Below are positions 7,773 through 16,027 of a DNA stretch of 64,000 bases, in pieces; within the stretch, counting starts at the first letter, position 1; every line of letters starts with the position of its first letter. Below the pieces are notes generated by a model. That model saw nothing but the letters and a program-made list of their open reading frames with translations, had not been told where the DNA came from and ran no database searches. The stretch is from an uncultured Chloroflexia bacterium. GTDB lineage: Bacteria > Chloroflexota > Anaerolineae > Anaerolineales > Anaerolineaceae. The translations under genes and the position numbers were made by a program. The stretch lies in assembly GCA_963732595.1 (NCBI GenBank), contig CAVSZZ010000001.1:287007-351006 (forward strand), in the 5' to 3' direction.

Positions 7773-10316
7773 ATGCGTAAATGCCTGGTCATCCTGCTCG
7801 CCCTGGTCACCCTCCTCTCACTCGCCACCCCTGTTTCAGCAAACGACCCCCTGTTGGTTTTTTACGATGGTCCCGAAAGCGCATTCAGGACGGCCCTGGA
7901 CCTGGACGGTTCGGTTCAATTTGTCAGGGAACCCACCAGCGCGGACGTGATCGTCCTGGCCGGTCCCATCGCGGACCCCGGGAGCCTACGCAAGCTGGTC
8001 GAGGCCGGAAAAGGATTGATCCTGGTCGCCAACCCCGGATTCACCACTACAGACCTGTCGACCCTGCTGGGAGAACCCATCACCCTCGAAGCGAAATCGG
8101 ATGCGCTCAGCCTGGTTCCCGCAGCGTCCAGCGCCGATACCCTGCCGGATCAGATCATCTGGACCAGCTCCCCTCAGATCCGGGAACGGCTGGTGGTCAG
8201 TGGAGGCGGCTTCGATCCACTCGTGACCGGATTCGAAGACGGGAGCCTGGTACTGGGAACGCGCCAGCTTGGAGAAGGCACGGTCTACTTTTTCAGCGGG
8301 GAGCTGGATGATTCCAATCCGCAGTTCCAGGAATGGACCTATTTCAACTACCTGGTCCACCATCTGGCACAGAGCGCCGGTGGCCGTGCACCGATGAGTT
8401 TTGCCGAATACCCGGCCTCACCGGTGCCACACAAACCGGAGCAGGTCATCATGCTGATCATCCTGACCTTCATCCTGGTGTCAGCCATCCTGCTTTTCTG
8501 GCTGGTTCGCCGCTACAGTTTGAAACACCCCGAAGCCCTGGATAAGCTGGTCGATAATGCCATCGAATTCAAACAACGCGAGGCCGGAACGGACTGGGAA
8601 GTGATCGGATTCCACCGCCCGCTGGGTGGATTCTTCATGGCTCTTTTCCTGGGGCTGATCATGTTCGTCCCGATCATCATTTATCAAAACCTGATCCTGC
8701 CGGTCTACATCCTGCCCTCTGCCCAGGCTCTCGGCATCTGGGGACGCATCATTCAATTCTTCAGCCTGATCTGGACGTTCTTTGACATGGGCACCAGTGT
8801 GGCTTTCATCAAGTTCTTCTCACAACACCGCGTGCACGATCCGCGGGAAGGGGTCAAATACGGCCAGGTCTACATCTGGTGGCAGGTTTTATCCGGGGCG
8901 ATCCAGGTCGCCATGATGGTCATGCTGGCGAGTGTTGTACTGCCCGGTACAGCCTATGCCATCTACGCCTGGAGTGTGGTCATCCACACCCTCATCCAGA
9001 TCCCCGGTTTCTTCAATTTCTATCGCTACGCCTTCACCGGTCTGCAACGCTTCGACTATGCGCAAATCCTGGACCTGGGGGTTGAGCTGGTGTTCGCCAT
9101 GTTCACCCAGCCGGTCTTCGTCACCATCATGGTCGTGTGGGGGCGCAGCCACCCGATCTTCGGCCCTTCCCTCGGCGGCTTGTTCGGGATGGGCATTGCG
9201 GCTTATGCCACCCTGGTGATCGCCTTCCTGCTGGGAACCTGGTTCTTCAAACGGTTGGGCTACACCCTGAGACCTTACTTTCTGGCTCATTTCGATTGGA
9301 AGGTCGTGAAGAATGCCTTCAGGTTTGGTGTCTACGATATGCTCGGTTCGGCCGCCTGGGGAGCCGGTCAATCCATTGAAATCCTGATCACCCAGTCCAA
9401 ACTGGTCAACTACGCCGAGATCTGGGGCAACTGGGTCATCGCACAGAACTTCGTTTATGCCTATAACGTGCTGGCCACGTTGTTCAACAACCTGATGCCT
9501 TCGATCTCCGAGGCATACTCCAATGCCAGGAAAACACTCTGCCGGTATTACTCCGCCGTTGCCTATCAATGGGGCGGTATGATCAGCGCCATGCTGGCAG
9601 CCATCCTGCTGGCTGTCGGACCGCGTTTCATCTTGGGCGCCACCGGTCCCGAGTTCGTCCGGGCAGCCGGCTACCTGGTGCCGCTGGCCATCTGGGGAGC
9701 GGTGCAATATCCGTCGTGGGTCGGCGACAACGTCCAGCGCGGAGCCAACAAGCCCTGGCTGTTTGTGATCCTGGTCGCCATGGAGCAGATCGTCCGGATC
9801 AGCCTGGCGTTCCTGCTTCTCGCGCGTTTCCAGATCAATGCTTTGATCATCGCCTACCTGGTGGGGATCATCATCAAAGACCTGGTCGGGTATTTCGTCA
9901 ATAACAAGATCTGCTACCGCCAGAGTTTTTACCCCTGGCAATCGCTGGTGGCTCCCCTGCTGGCCGGCGGTGTCTTCTATGTTCTGCTGCGCCTGGTGGG
10001 TAACCTGCTCTGGAAGGGCGATCAAATGACCAGCATCCTGCTCTTGTTCCTGGCTATCCTGCCGGCCTATCCCATCTATGCATTCCTGTATGCATTCTTC
10101 GGCGGTTGGGAGGATGACACCCTGGAAGAGGTCCATCGCGCCGCCGAACTGAGCAGCTTCATGAAACCGCTGGCGCGCCTGTTCTGGGCCGCCTCCCGGC
10201 TGGGGGCGCGCGTCAGCCCGCTGCACGGCCGTTTCAAGATCCCGATCCGGACAGAAGCATTGGCCGAGGCAGCCTCACTGACACAGGAACGCGTCAGCCT
10301 GGTGGATCGACCCTAG
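7773..10316 (+). CDS. Large membrane protein: signal peptide, ~200-aa extracytoplasmic domain, then a MOP/polysaccharide-flippase-like multi-TM domain
   Basis: The ORF is open from 7734. The ATG at 7773 has an AGAGG RBS and gives MRKCLVILLALVTLLSLATPVSA. About 14 predicted TM helices follow, with a C-terminal ATGPEFVRAAGYL.. segment typical of polysaccharide-biosynthesis/Wzx-MurJ-like proteins. Confidence 0.5.
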   Translation: MRKCLVILLALVTLLSLATPVSANDPLLVFYDGPESAFRTALDLDGSVQFVREPTSADVIVLAGPIADPGSLRKLVEAGKGLILVANPGFTTTDLSTLLGEPITLEAKSDALSLVPAASSADTLPDQIIWTSSPQIRERLVVSGGGFDPLVTGFEDGSLVLGTRQLGEGTVYFFSGELDDSNPQFQEWTYFNYLVHHLAQSAGGRAPMSFAEYPASPVPHKPEQVIMLIILTFILVSAILLFWLVRRYSLKHPEALDKLVDNAIEFKQREAGTDWEVIGFHRPLGGFFMALFLGLIMFVPIIIYQNLILPVYILPSAQALGIWGRIIQFFSLIWTFFDMGTSVAFIKFFSQHRVHDPREGVKYGQVYIWWQVLSGAIQVAMMVMLASVVLPGTAYAIYAWSVVIHTLIQIPGFFNFYRYAFTGLQRFDYAQILDLGVELVFAMFTQPVFVTIMVVWGRSHPIFGPSLGGLFGMGIAAYATLVIAFLLGTWFFKRLGYTLRPYFLAHFDWKVVKNAFRFGVYDMLGSAAWGAGQSIEILITQSKLVNYAEIWGNWVIAQNFVYAYNVLATLFNNLMPSISEAYSNARKTLCRYYSAVAYQWGGMISAMLAAILLAVGPRFILGATGPEFVRAAGYLVPLAIWGAVQYPSWVGDNVQRGANKPWLFVILVAMEQIVRISLAFLLLARFQINALIIAYLVGIIIKDLVGYFVNNKICYRQSFYPWQSLVAPLLAGGVFYVLLRLVGNLLWKGDQMTSILLLFLAILPAYPIYAFLYAFFGGWEDDTLEEVHRAAELSSFMKPLARLFWAASRLGARVSPLHGRFKIPIRTEALAEAASLTQERVSLVDRP

Positions 10317-10323
10317 GATCAAT

Positions 10324-12171
10324 TTAGCTGGGCTTTTCAAGGGGAGCTGGTTTTACCGATCCGTCGGCTTCCGTGTAGATCTGTTCCAAAGACTCATCAA
10401 GCTGCTTGCGGAACTGGCGTGTATAGAGCTGGTAGTACTTCCCACCAGCCCGCAACAGCTCGGCGTGGCTGCCCATCTCCGCGATCCGACCATCCTCGAT
10501 CACCAGGATGCGGTCCGCCCGCTTGATGGTCGACAGTCTGTGCGCAATGATAAAACTGGTGCGCCCTTCCATCAGCGTCTCCATGCCCTTCTGGATCAAA
10601 GCTTCGGTCAGGGTGTCCACGGAACTGGTGGCTTCATCCATGATGAAGATCTCCGGCTCTGCCAGGACTGCCCGGGCCAGGCTGATGAGCTGCTTCTGGC
10701 CCACCGAGAGCATGTTGCCTCCCTCACCCACATTTTCCTCATAGCCCTTTTCGAAAGTGTGGATGAACTCATGCGCACCGACCAGGCGGGCAGCCTTTTC
10801 GACATCCTCATCGCTGGCATTCAATCGACCGTAGCGGATATTCTCACGGATCGAACCCGAGAACAGGTGCGGCGTCTGCAGGACCATGCCAATGCGCGAA
10901 TGGATGGCATGCAAGGTGAAGCGGGTGTAATCTTCGCCAATGATGTAAATCGCGCCCTTGCGCGGTTCATAGAAGCGGCACATTAAGTTGACGATGGTGG
11001 ATTTTCCACCGCCAGTGGGTCCCACCAGGGCGATGGTTTCGCCGCGTTTCACCAGCAGGTTGAAATCCTCCAGCACGGCATCATCCTCTTCATAACTGAA
11101 GGTGACGTGATCGAAGAGGATATCGCCATGGATGGAACCCGGATCGAACGCATCAGGGCGATCGGCCACTTCGGGTTTGGCATCCACCAACGAGAAGATG
11201 CGCTCCGCCGAGGCGATGGCATGCTGCAGCTCCGCAAAGACGCGGGCCACATCCTGGATCGGCCAAATCATGAACATCAGGTAACTGACAAATGCCTGGA
11301 TGCTGCCGACCGTCAGGATGCCCACCTGCGCCTGGTTACCTCCATATAAGACAATTCCGCCCAAGGCGAAAGCCGAGATCACCTGAACCGTCGGCAGGAA
11401 CAGGGCGCTTAACCAGGCAGCCCGAAAGCTGGATTGATACATGCGACCCGTCAGGTCACCAAATTCGCGCATGTTCTCCCCTTCCCGGCCAAGCGCCTTG
11501 ATGACCCGCACGCCCGTGATGCCCTCGTTATAACTGCCGACAATCTTCGAATTGGTCTTCCTGACTTCCCGGAATTCCTTCAGGATGAGCTTTCGAAACT
11601 TGACGGCGACAAAGATCAAAATGGGCACGATCACAAACACGATCAGAGCGAGCTGCCATTTGATGATGAACATGAAGACAAGCGAGGTCAGGATGTTCAC
11701 CACCGCCCAGGTCGTATCCAGAATACCCCAGGTGACCAGGTTGCCGACCCTGTCAGAATCGGAGGTGACGCGTGACATGATCCAACCGACCGGCGTCTTG
11801 CTGTAATATGAAAGGGACAGGTCCTGCAGGTGGTTGAACATGGTCTGGCGCAGATCGTAGCGCACCCGTTCACCCAGGATACCCACCAAAAATATGAATA
11901 CGAATACCGATGCAGCCTGCACCAGGATTAGGATTCCATACAGTGTCAGGTAGCTCGTGACAGCGCCAGGGTCAGACTTGAGGATGCCCTGGTCGATCAC
12001 CTGTTTGCTGATGAATGTGAAAATGGCATCGATGATCGAGGTGAACAACACCGCACCGACGAAACCAAAAAGATATTTCCGGTGGGGTTTGGTCAGCGAC
12101 AGGATGCGGCTGAAGATCTTCCCGGTGATCTGGGTCTGAAACTCTTCCTCTTCGAAATACTGATCAGACAC
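10324..12171 (-). CDS. ABC exporter, fused permease/ATPase (subunit with consensus Walker B but degenerate signature)
   Basis: 6-TM domain plus NBD: Walker A GPTGGGKST, signature LSVGQ (non-canonical), Walker B IFIMDEAT, H-loop IIAHR. The ORF is open to 12240. I prefer the GTG at 12171, which is preceded by GAAGGAG and overlaps the upstream stop (GTGTCTGA). Confidence 0.8.
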   Translation of the reverse strand: MSDQYFEEEEFQTQITGKIFSRILSLTKPHRKYLFGFVGAVLFTSIIDAIFTFISKQVIDQGILKSDPGAVTSYLTLYGILILVQAASVFVFIFLVGILGERVRYDLRQTMFNHLQDLSLSYYSKTPVGWIMSRVTSDSDRVGNLVTWGILDTTWAVVNILTSLVFMFIIKWQLALIVFVIVPILIFVAVKFRKLILKEFREVRKTNSKIVGSYNEGITGVRVIKALGREGENMREFGDLTGRMYQSSFRAAWLSALFLPTVQVISAFALGGIVLYGGNQAQVGILTVGSIQAFVSYLMFMIWPIQDVARVFAELQHAIASAERIFSLVDAKPEVADRPDAFDPGSIHGDILFDHVTFSYEEDDAVLEDFNLLVKRGETIALVGPTGGGKSTIVNLMCRFYEPRKGAIYIIGEDYTRFTLHAIHSRIGMVLQTPHLFSGSIRENIRYGRLNASDEDVEKAARLVGAHEFIHTFEKGYEENVGEGGNMLSVGQKQLISLARAVLAEPEIFIMDEATSSVDTLTEALIQKGMETLMEGRTSFIIAHRLSTIKRADRILVIEDGRIAEMGSHAELLRAGGKYYQLYTRQFRKQLDESLEQIYTEADGSVKPAPLEKPS

Positions 12172-13975
12172 CCGAAAGCTCCTTCTGTAATTCATCCTCG
12201 ATACGGGTCTGGATGTTGAAGATCTGGCGGTAGATCCCATCTACCTTCACCAGGGCAGCATGCTGCCCGCGTTGGACAATGCGTCCGCCATCCATGACCA
12301 GGATCAGATCCGCCTGCATGATGCTTTGAATGCGGTGCGCAATAATGAACGTGGTCCGGTCTCGCATCAGGTTCTCAAGGGCGGAGCGGATATCGGCTTC
12401 AGTTTCCGTGTCCACCGAGGAAGTTGAATCATCCAGGATCAGGATGCGGGGATTCTTGAGCAGCGTGCGCGCGATCGCCACGCGCTGTTTCTGACCACCG
12501 GAAAGGGTCACCCCGCGTTCGCCGATCCTGGTGCTGTACCCCTTTGGAAAATTCACGATCACCTCATGGATCGAAGCCGCCCTGGCGGCTTTCTCTACTT
12601 CCTCGTCCGTCACCTTCCGCCCGACACCGTAGGTGATGTTCTCACGGATGGAACGCGAGAACAGGAACGGTTCCTGCTCCACGATCCCGATCTGGGTGCG
12701 CAGGTAACGGCGGGTGTAACGGGTCAGATCGATCCCATCCACGGTGATACGCCCGTGCGTGGCATCATAAAAACGGGGTAACAGGTTGACCAGGGTGGTT
12801 TTCCCGGAGCCGGTCGATCCCAGCAAGGCGATCACCTGCCCGGGCTGGCAGTCAAAGGAGATATCCGATAAAACCTTATGCTCGCCGTCGTACTCAAACC
12901 CAACATCCTGGTATGAGATCGCACCGGTGACATCCCCGGTAGGTCGATAGTCCCCTTCATCGAGCGGTTCGCGATCCTTCTTGATGATCTCCATAACCCG
13001 GCTATATGAAACCAGGCCGCTGGACATATCCACGATCAGGCGCCCCAGATTACGGATGGGAAAGATTACCATGATCACCATACCGGCATACGCCATGTAG
13101 GTGCCGATTGTGATCTCCTGGTTGATCGTCAGCATCGCACCAAAGTACAGACCCGCCAGGACCTGGAAGGAACAGATCGAATCCGAGATCGGCCAGAAGA
13201 TGGAATGCAGGACATATAACTTCTTACCGCGCAGGTACTTCTCCCAGTTATCCTTGTTGAATTTGGAGATCTCATAGGTCTGGCGGGCGAAAGCTTTGAC
13301 CACCCGGACGCCGGAGAGATTCTCCTGCAAGGTGGTTGAGAGGGTTGCCTCCTGTTCCTGATAAGCCTCGTAGGCCTTGATCAGCTTCTTAAAGAAAAGG
13401 ATCGACACAGCCAGGATGACCGGAATGACGATGACCGACACACCCGCCAGCTTGGGGTTTAGGATGTATATGGCAGTGAAGTTGACGATGAACAGGATAA
13501 TGACACGCCCGGCATTGATGGCCTGATCAGAATAAAAGCGGCGCAGAGTATCCACATCCGACGTGCAGCGCTCGATCAGGTCACCCGTGGCGGTCTGGTC
13601 ATGATAGGCAAAAGGCAAATGCTGGATATGGTCGAAAAGAAAATTTCGCAGCCGGCGCGTGACACCTTCAGATGTCTGGGCAGCCAGCCGCCCGCTGATG
13701 AATGAAAAGCTGCCTTCGACCACTGCCAGCCCGATGAAACCGGCTGCGATCCAGGGGATTTGGGCAACTCCTTCCCGGGCGACAAAAACCGTATCGACAA
13801 AATAGCGCAGGAGCTGATAGGTCAGCATGCGGGCACAGGCGGAGACGGCCAAGCTCAGGGTTGCGCCGGTGTACTTCAGGCGGAATCCTGTCAGCAGGCG
13901 CCACAGACCCACCAACCTGTTGGGGGTCATGGCCTTGCGCAGATCATAGTTTTCTGTAACGTTGTCTGGGTTCAC
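12164..13975 (-). CDS. ABC exporter, fused permease/ATPase (subunit with Asp replacing the Walker B catalytic Glu)
   Basis: 603 aa. Walker A GSTGSGKTT, canonical LSGGQ, Walker B ILILDDST (D instead of E), H-loop IIAHR. It is translationally coupled to 10324-12171. Confidence 0.85.
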   Translation of the reverse strand: MNPDNVTENYDLRKAMTPNRLVGLWRLLTGFRLKYTGATLSLAVSACARMLTYQLLRYFVDTVFVAREGVAQIPWIAAGFIGLAVVEGSFSFISGRLAAQTSEGVTRRLRNFLFDHIQHLPFAYHDQTATGDLIERCTSDVDTLRRFYSDQAINAGRVIILFIVNFTAIYILNPKLAGVSVIVIPVILAVSILFFKKLIKAYEAYQEQEATLSTTLQENLSGVRVVKAFARQTYEISKFNKDNWEKYLRGKKLYVLHSIFWPISDSICSFQVLAGLYFGAMLTINQEITIGTYMAYAGMVIMVIFPIRNLGRLIVDMSSGLVSYSRVMEIIKKDREPLDEGDYRPTGDVTGAISYQDVGFEYDGEHKVLSDISFDCQPGQVIALLGSTGSGKTTLVNLLPRFYDATHGRITVDGIDLTRYTRRYLRTQIGIVEQEPFLFSRSIRENITYGVGRKVTDEEVEKAARAASIHEVIVNFPKGYSTRIGERGVTLSGGQKQRVAIARTLLKNPRILILDDSTSSVDTETEADIRSALENLMRDRTTFIIAHRIQSIMQADLILVMDGGRIVQRGQHAALVKVDGIYRQIFNIQTRIEDELQKELSGV

Positions 13976-14156
13976 GCCGTTCGTTCTCCTGCCCGGTCAG
14001 CAAGCGGTCTCAGGTCCTGTCGGCCGGACACAGGAGGTCAATTATACCCACATTTACATGGCAGGTTGATAATCCCCAGAACCGGATAACCCCGGTCCAG
14101 GTGAATTGTATATACAGGTAATAACACCCGTTCGTTTCGGAATTAACCCGATAGCG

Positions 14157-15443
14157 CTACCAGCCGGAAATCAAACCCAGGATGATGTATCCCAGACTGG
14201 CAACTGCGCAGCTGACCAGCATCACCGGCAATCCGCGTTTGTTCCAGTATTTTGGGGTAATGGGTGCATCGGTCTTTTCAGATAACGATGTGATCACGAT
14301 GTTCGTTGTCGCGCCGATGATGGTTCCACTACCTCCGAAGCCCGCGCCGAACACCAGTGCCCACCAGAGGGGTTGAATATCGATCCCGGTGGTTTGCAAT
14401 TCCATAACTATGGGGATCATGGCAATCGTGATGGGTATGTTGTCAATGATCGCCGACAGAATAGCCATCAGCCAGAGCAGGATCACACCCACGGCGATCA
14501 CGGGTAGCGCTTCCAGTCCATTCAGCAGCAAGGCCAATTCACTTAATGCGCCCGATGCTTCCAATCCGCCGATCAGGATGAATAATGAACCGAAGAAGAG
14601 CAGCACATCCCATTCAACCTGTTTCAAGGTGGTTTTGATATTCACACCCACCAGCAGGATGGCCAATGTAGAGCAGGCTACTGCGACGTATGCAGGCGAT
14701 ACATTAAGCTGGTCCTGAAAGAAGAAGCCTATGATCGTAAAAACCAAAACAGCCAACACTTTGATCAAGGCAGGTACGTCTTTGATGGCTTCCCTCGGTT
14801 TCACGCTGTTCAGGATATCCACATTCACCGGCTGAGCAAGTTCCTCTTTAAACAAGTGGAGCATGAGATAAAGGATGACAAACCATACAACCACCACAAT
14901 CGGTAAAGAGTGAACCAGAAAATCATTGAAGGAAAAACCGGCAGCGGATGCGATCAGGATATTCGGAGGGTCACCGACCAGAGTGGCTGCGCCACCGGTA
15001 TTCGAAAACAACGCCTCCGCCATCAGGAACGGACGCGCTTGAATGCCCAGGATCTCACAGATCAGGATGGTGATCGGGGCAATCAGTACGACGGTCGTAA
15101 TATTATCCAGGAACATCGAGACAATCGCGCTGATCACTCCCAGAAGGATCAGGAGACGGACAGGCTTACCCTTGGACAAACGACCGGCCATCAAGCCCAG
15201 GTATTGGAAAAAGCCGGTGGGCTCCAAAAGGACGACCAGGATCATCATACCCATCAAGAGCAGGATGGTGAAGAGGTCGATGTTGGCGAAGGCTTCTTTC
15301 TCGGAATAGAATCCCATCAACCGCCCGGCTGTGATGATCGCCAGCGCACCGAAGATGGCAACGATTGTCCGATTCACTTTTTCCCAAAAGAACAAGCCCA
15401 GGCAAACCAATACAATGGCGGAGGAAATCAGCATGGGAGCCAT
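14157..15443 (-). CDS. ArsB/NhaD (CitMHS-type) family anion/ion permease
   Basis: Polytopic membrane protein with ..FLDNITTVVLIAPI.. and ..GGAATLVGDPPNILIA.. motifs characteristic of the ArsB/NhaD permease superfamily. Start moved to MAPMLISS (AGAGGA RBS), 4 nt after the CBS gene stop. Confidence 0.7.
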   Translation of the reverse strand: MAPMLISSAIVLVCLGLFFWEKVNRTIVAIFGALAIITAGRLMGFYSEKEAFANIDLFTILLLMGMMILVVLLEPTGFFQYLGLMAGRLSKGKPVRLLILLGVISAIVSMFLDNITTVVLIAPITILICEILGIQARPFLMAEALFSNTGGAATLVGDPPNILIASAAGFSFNDFLVHSLPIVVVVWFVILYLMLHLFKEELAQPVNVDILNSVKPREAIKDVPALIKVLAVLVFTIIGFFFQDQLNVSPAYVAVACSTLAILLVGVNIKTTLKQVEWDVLLFFGSLFILIGGLEASGALSELALLLNGLEALPVIAVGVILLWLMAILSAIIDNIPITIAMIPIVMELQTTGIDIQPLWWALVFGAGFGGSGTIIGATTNIVITSLSEKTDAPITPKYWNKRGLPVMLVSCAVASLGYIILGLISGW

Positions 15444-15447
15444 TGGA

Positions 15448-15927
15448 TCAATCCTCTGGGTTCTTACCTGAAGCATGCAATTGCCATTTGGCGATTAAAC
15501 CTCGCCCGACATCCGCATGGGATACCAAACCGACCAATCTTCCGTCATGATCGACGACCGGCAGATCATGGATATTATGCTTGGTCATGATGGCTGCAGC
15601 ATGGAAAAGGGTGAAGTCGATCTCGGCACTGATCGGCGGACCCATCAGTTGTTTCATCGACATGTTCATCTCTTCCAAGCTGGGCTTAGCCTTTTCTGTA
15701 GCGCCCAGGTCATGGATGAAATCCAGATCCTCCAGCATATCCAGGGATGCCGGCATCACCAGGTGCAGGATATCGCGCAGGGTGACAATGCCAACCAATT
15801 TGGAATCACTGTCAACGACCGGCAGCATGCCGATAGGGTTTTCCATGAAAATATCGATCGCGTCAGAAACCAACTCATCAGCCTGAATGGATATGACCAT
15901 CTTTTTTAAATAAGGTTTAAGCTTCAT
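15448..15927 (-). CDS. CBS domain pair protein
   Basis: 159 aa with two CBS repeats (..GMLPVVDSDSKLVGIVTLRDIL.. and ..HDLPVVDHDGRLVGLVSHADV..). It lies directly upstream of the permease on the same strand. Confidence 0.8.
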   Translation of the reverse strand: MKLKPYLKKMVISIQADELVSDAIDIFMENPIGMLPVVDSDSKLVGIVTLRDILHLVMPASLDMLEDLDFIHDLGATEKAKPSLEEMNMSMKQLMGPPISAEIDFTLFHAAAIMTKHNIHDLPVVDHDGRLVGLVSHADVGRGLIAKWQLHASGKNPED

Positions 15928-16027
15928 GATTTCTCCTGAGTGGCTGGTGTTGCTTCAGCAAGGGATCCGGTAGGCGCAGGTCCGTCTGCAATCTATTCTA
16001 CCCGATTGATTTAGGAATTCGATGAGA

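Noticed and set aside
8889-10226. 445-aa ORF antisense to the flippase-like gene. Similar long antisense ORFs occur at 32779-33588, 38456-39595, 46979-47740, 54956-55582, 55992-56645 and 60854-61456.
   Set aside because: Their products are low-complexity and rich in Arg/Gly/Pro/Asp/His, with no motifs. Each lies entirely inside a strongly supported gene on the opposite strand. These are typical shadow ORFs of moderately GC-rich DNA.
12164-12240. A 77-nt overlap between the two ABC exporter ORFs that suggests a fused or overlapping gene.
   Set aside because: The overlap comes from the longest-ORF start. A GTG at 12171 with a GAAGGAG RBS gives an ordinary 8-nt coupled overlap.
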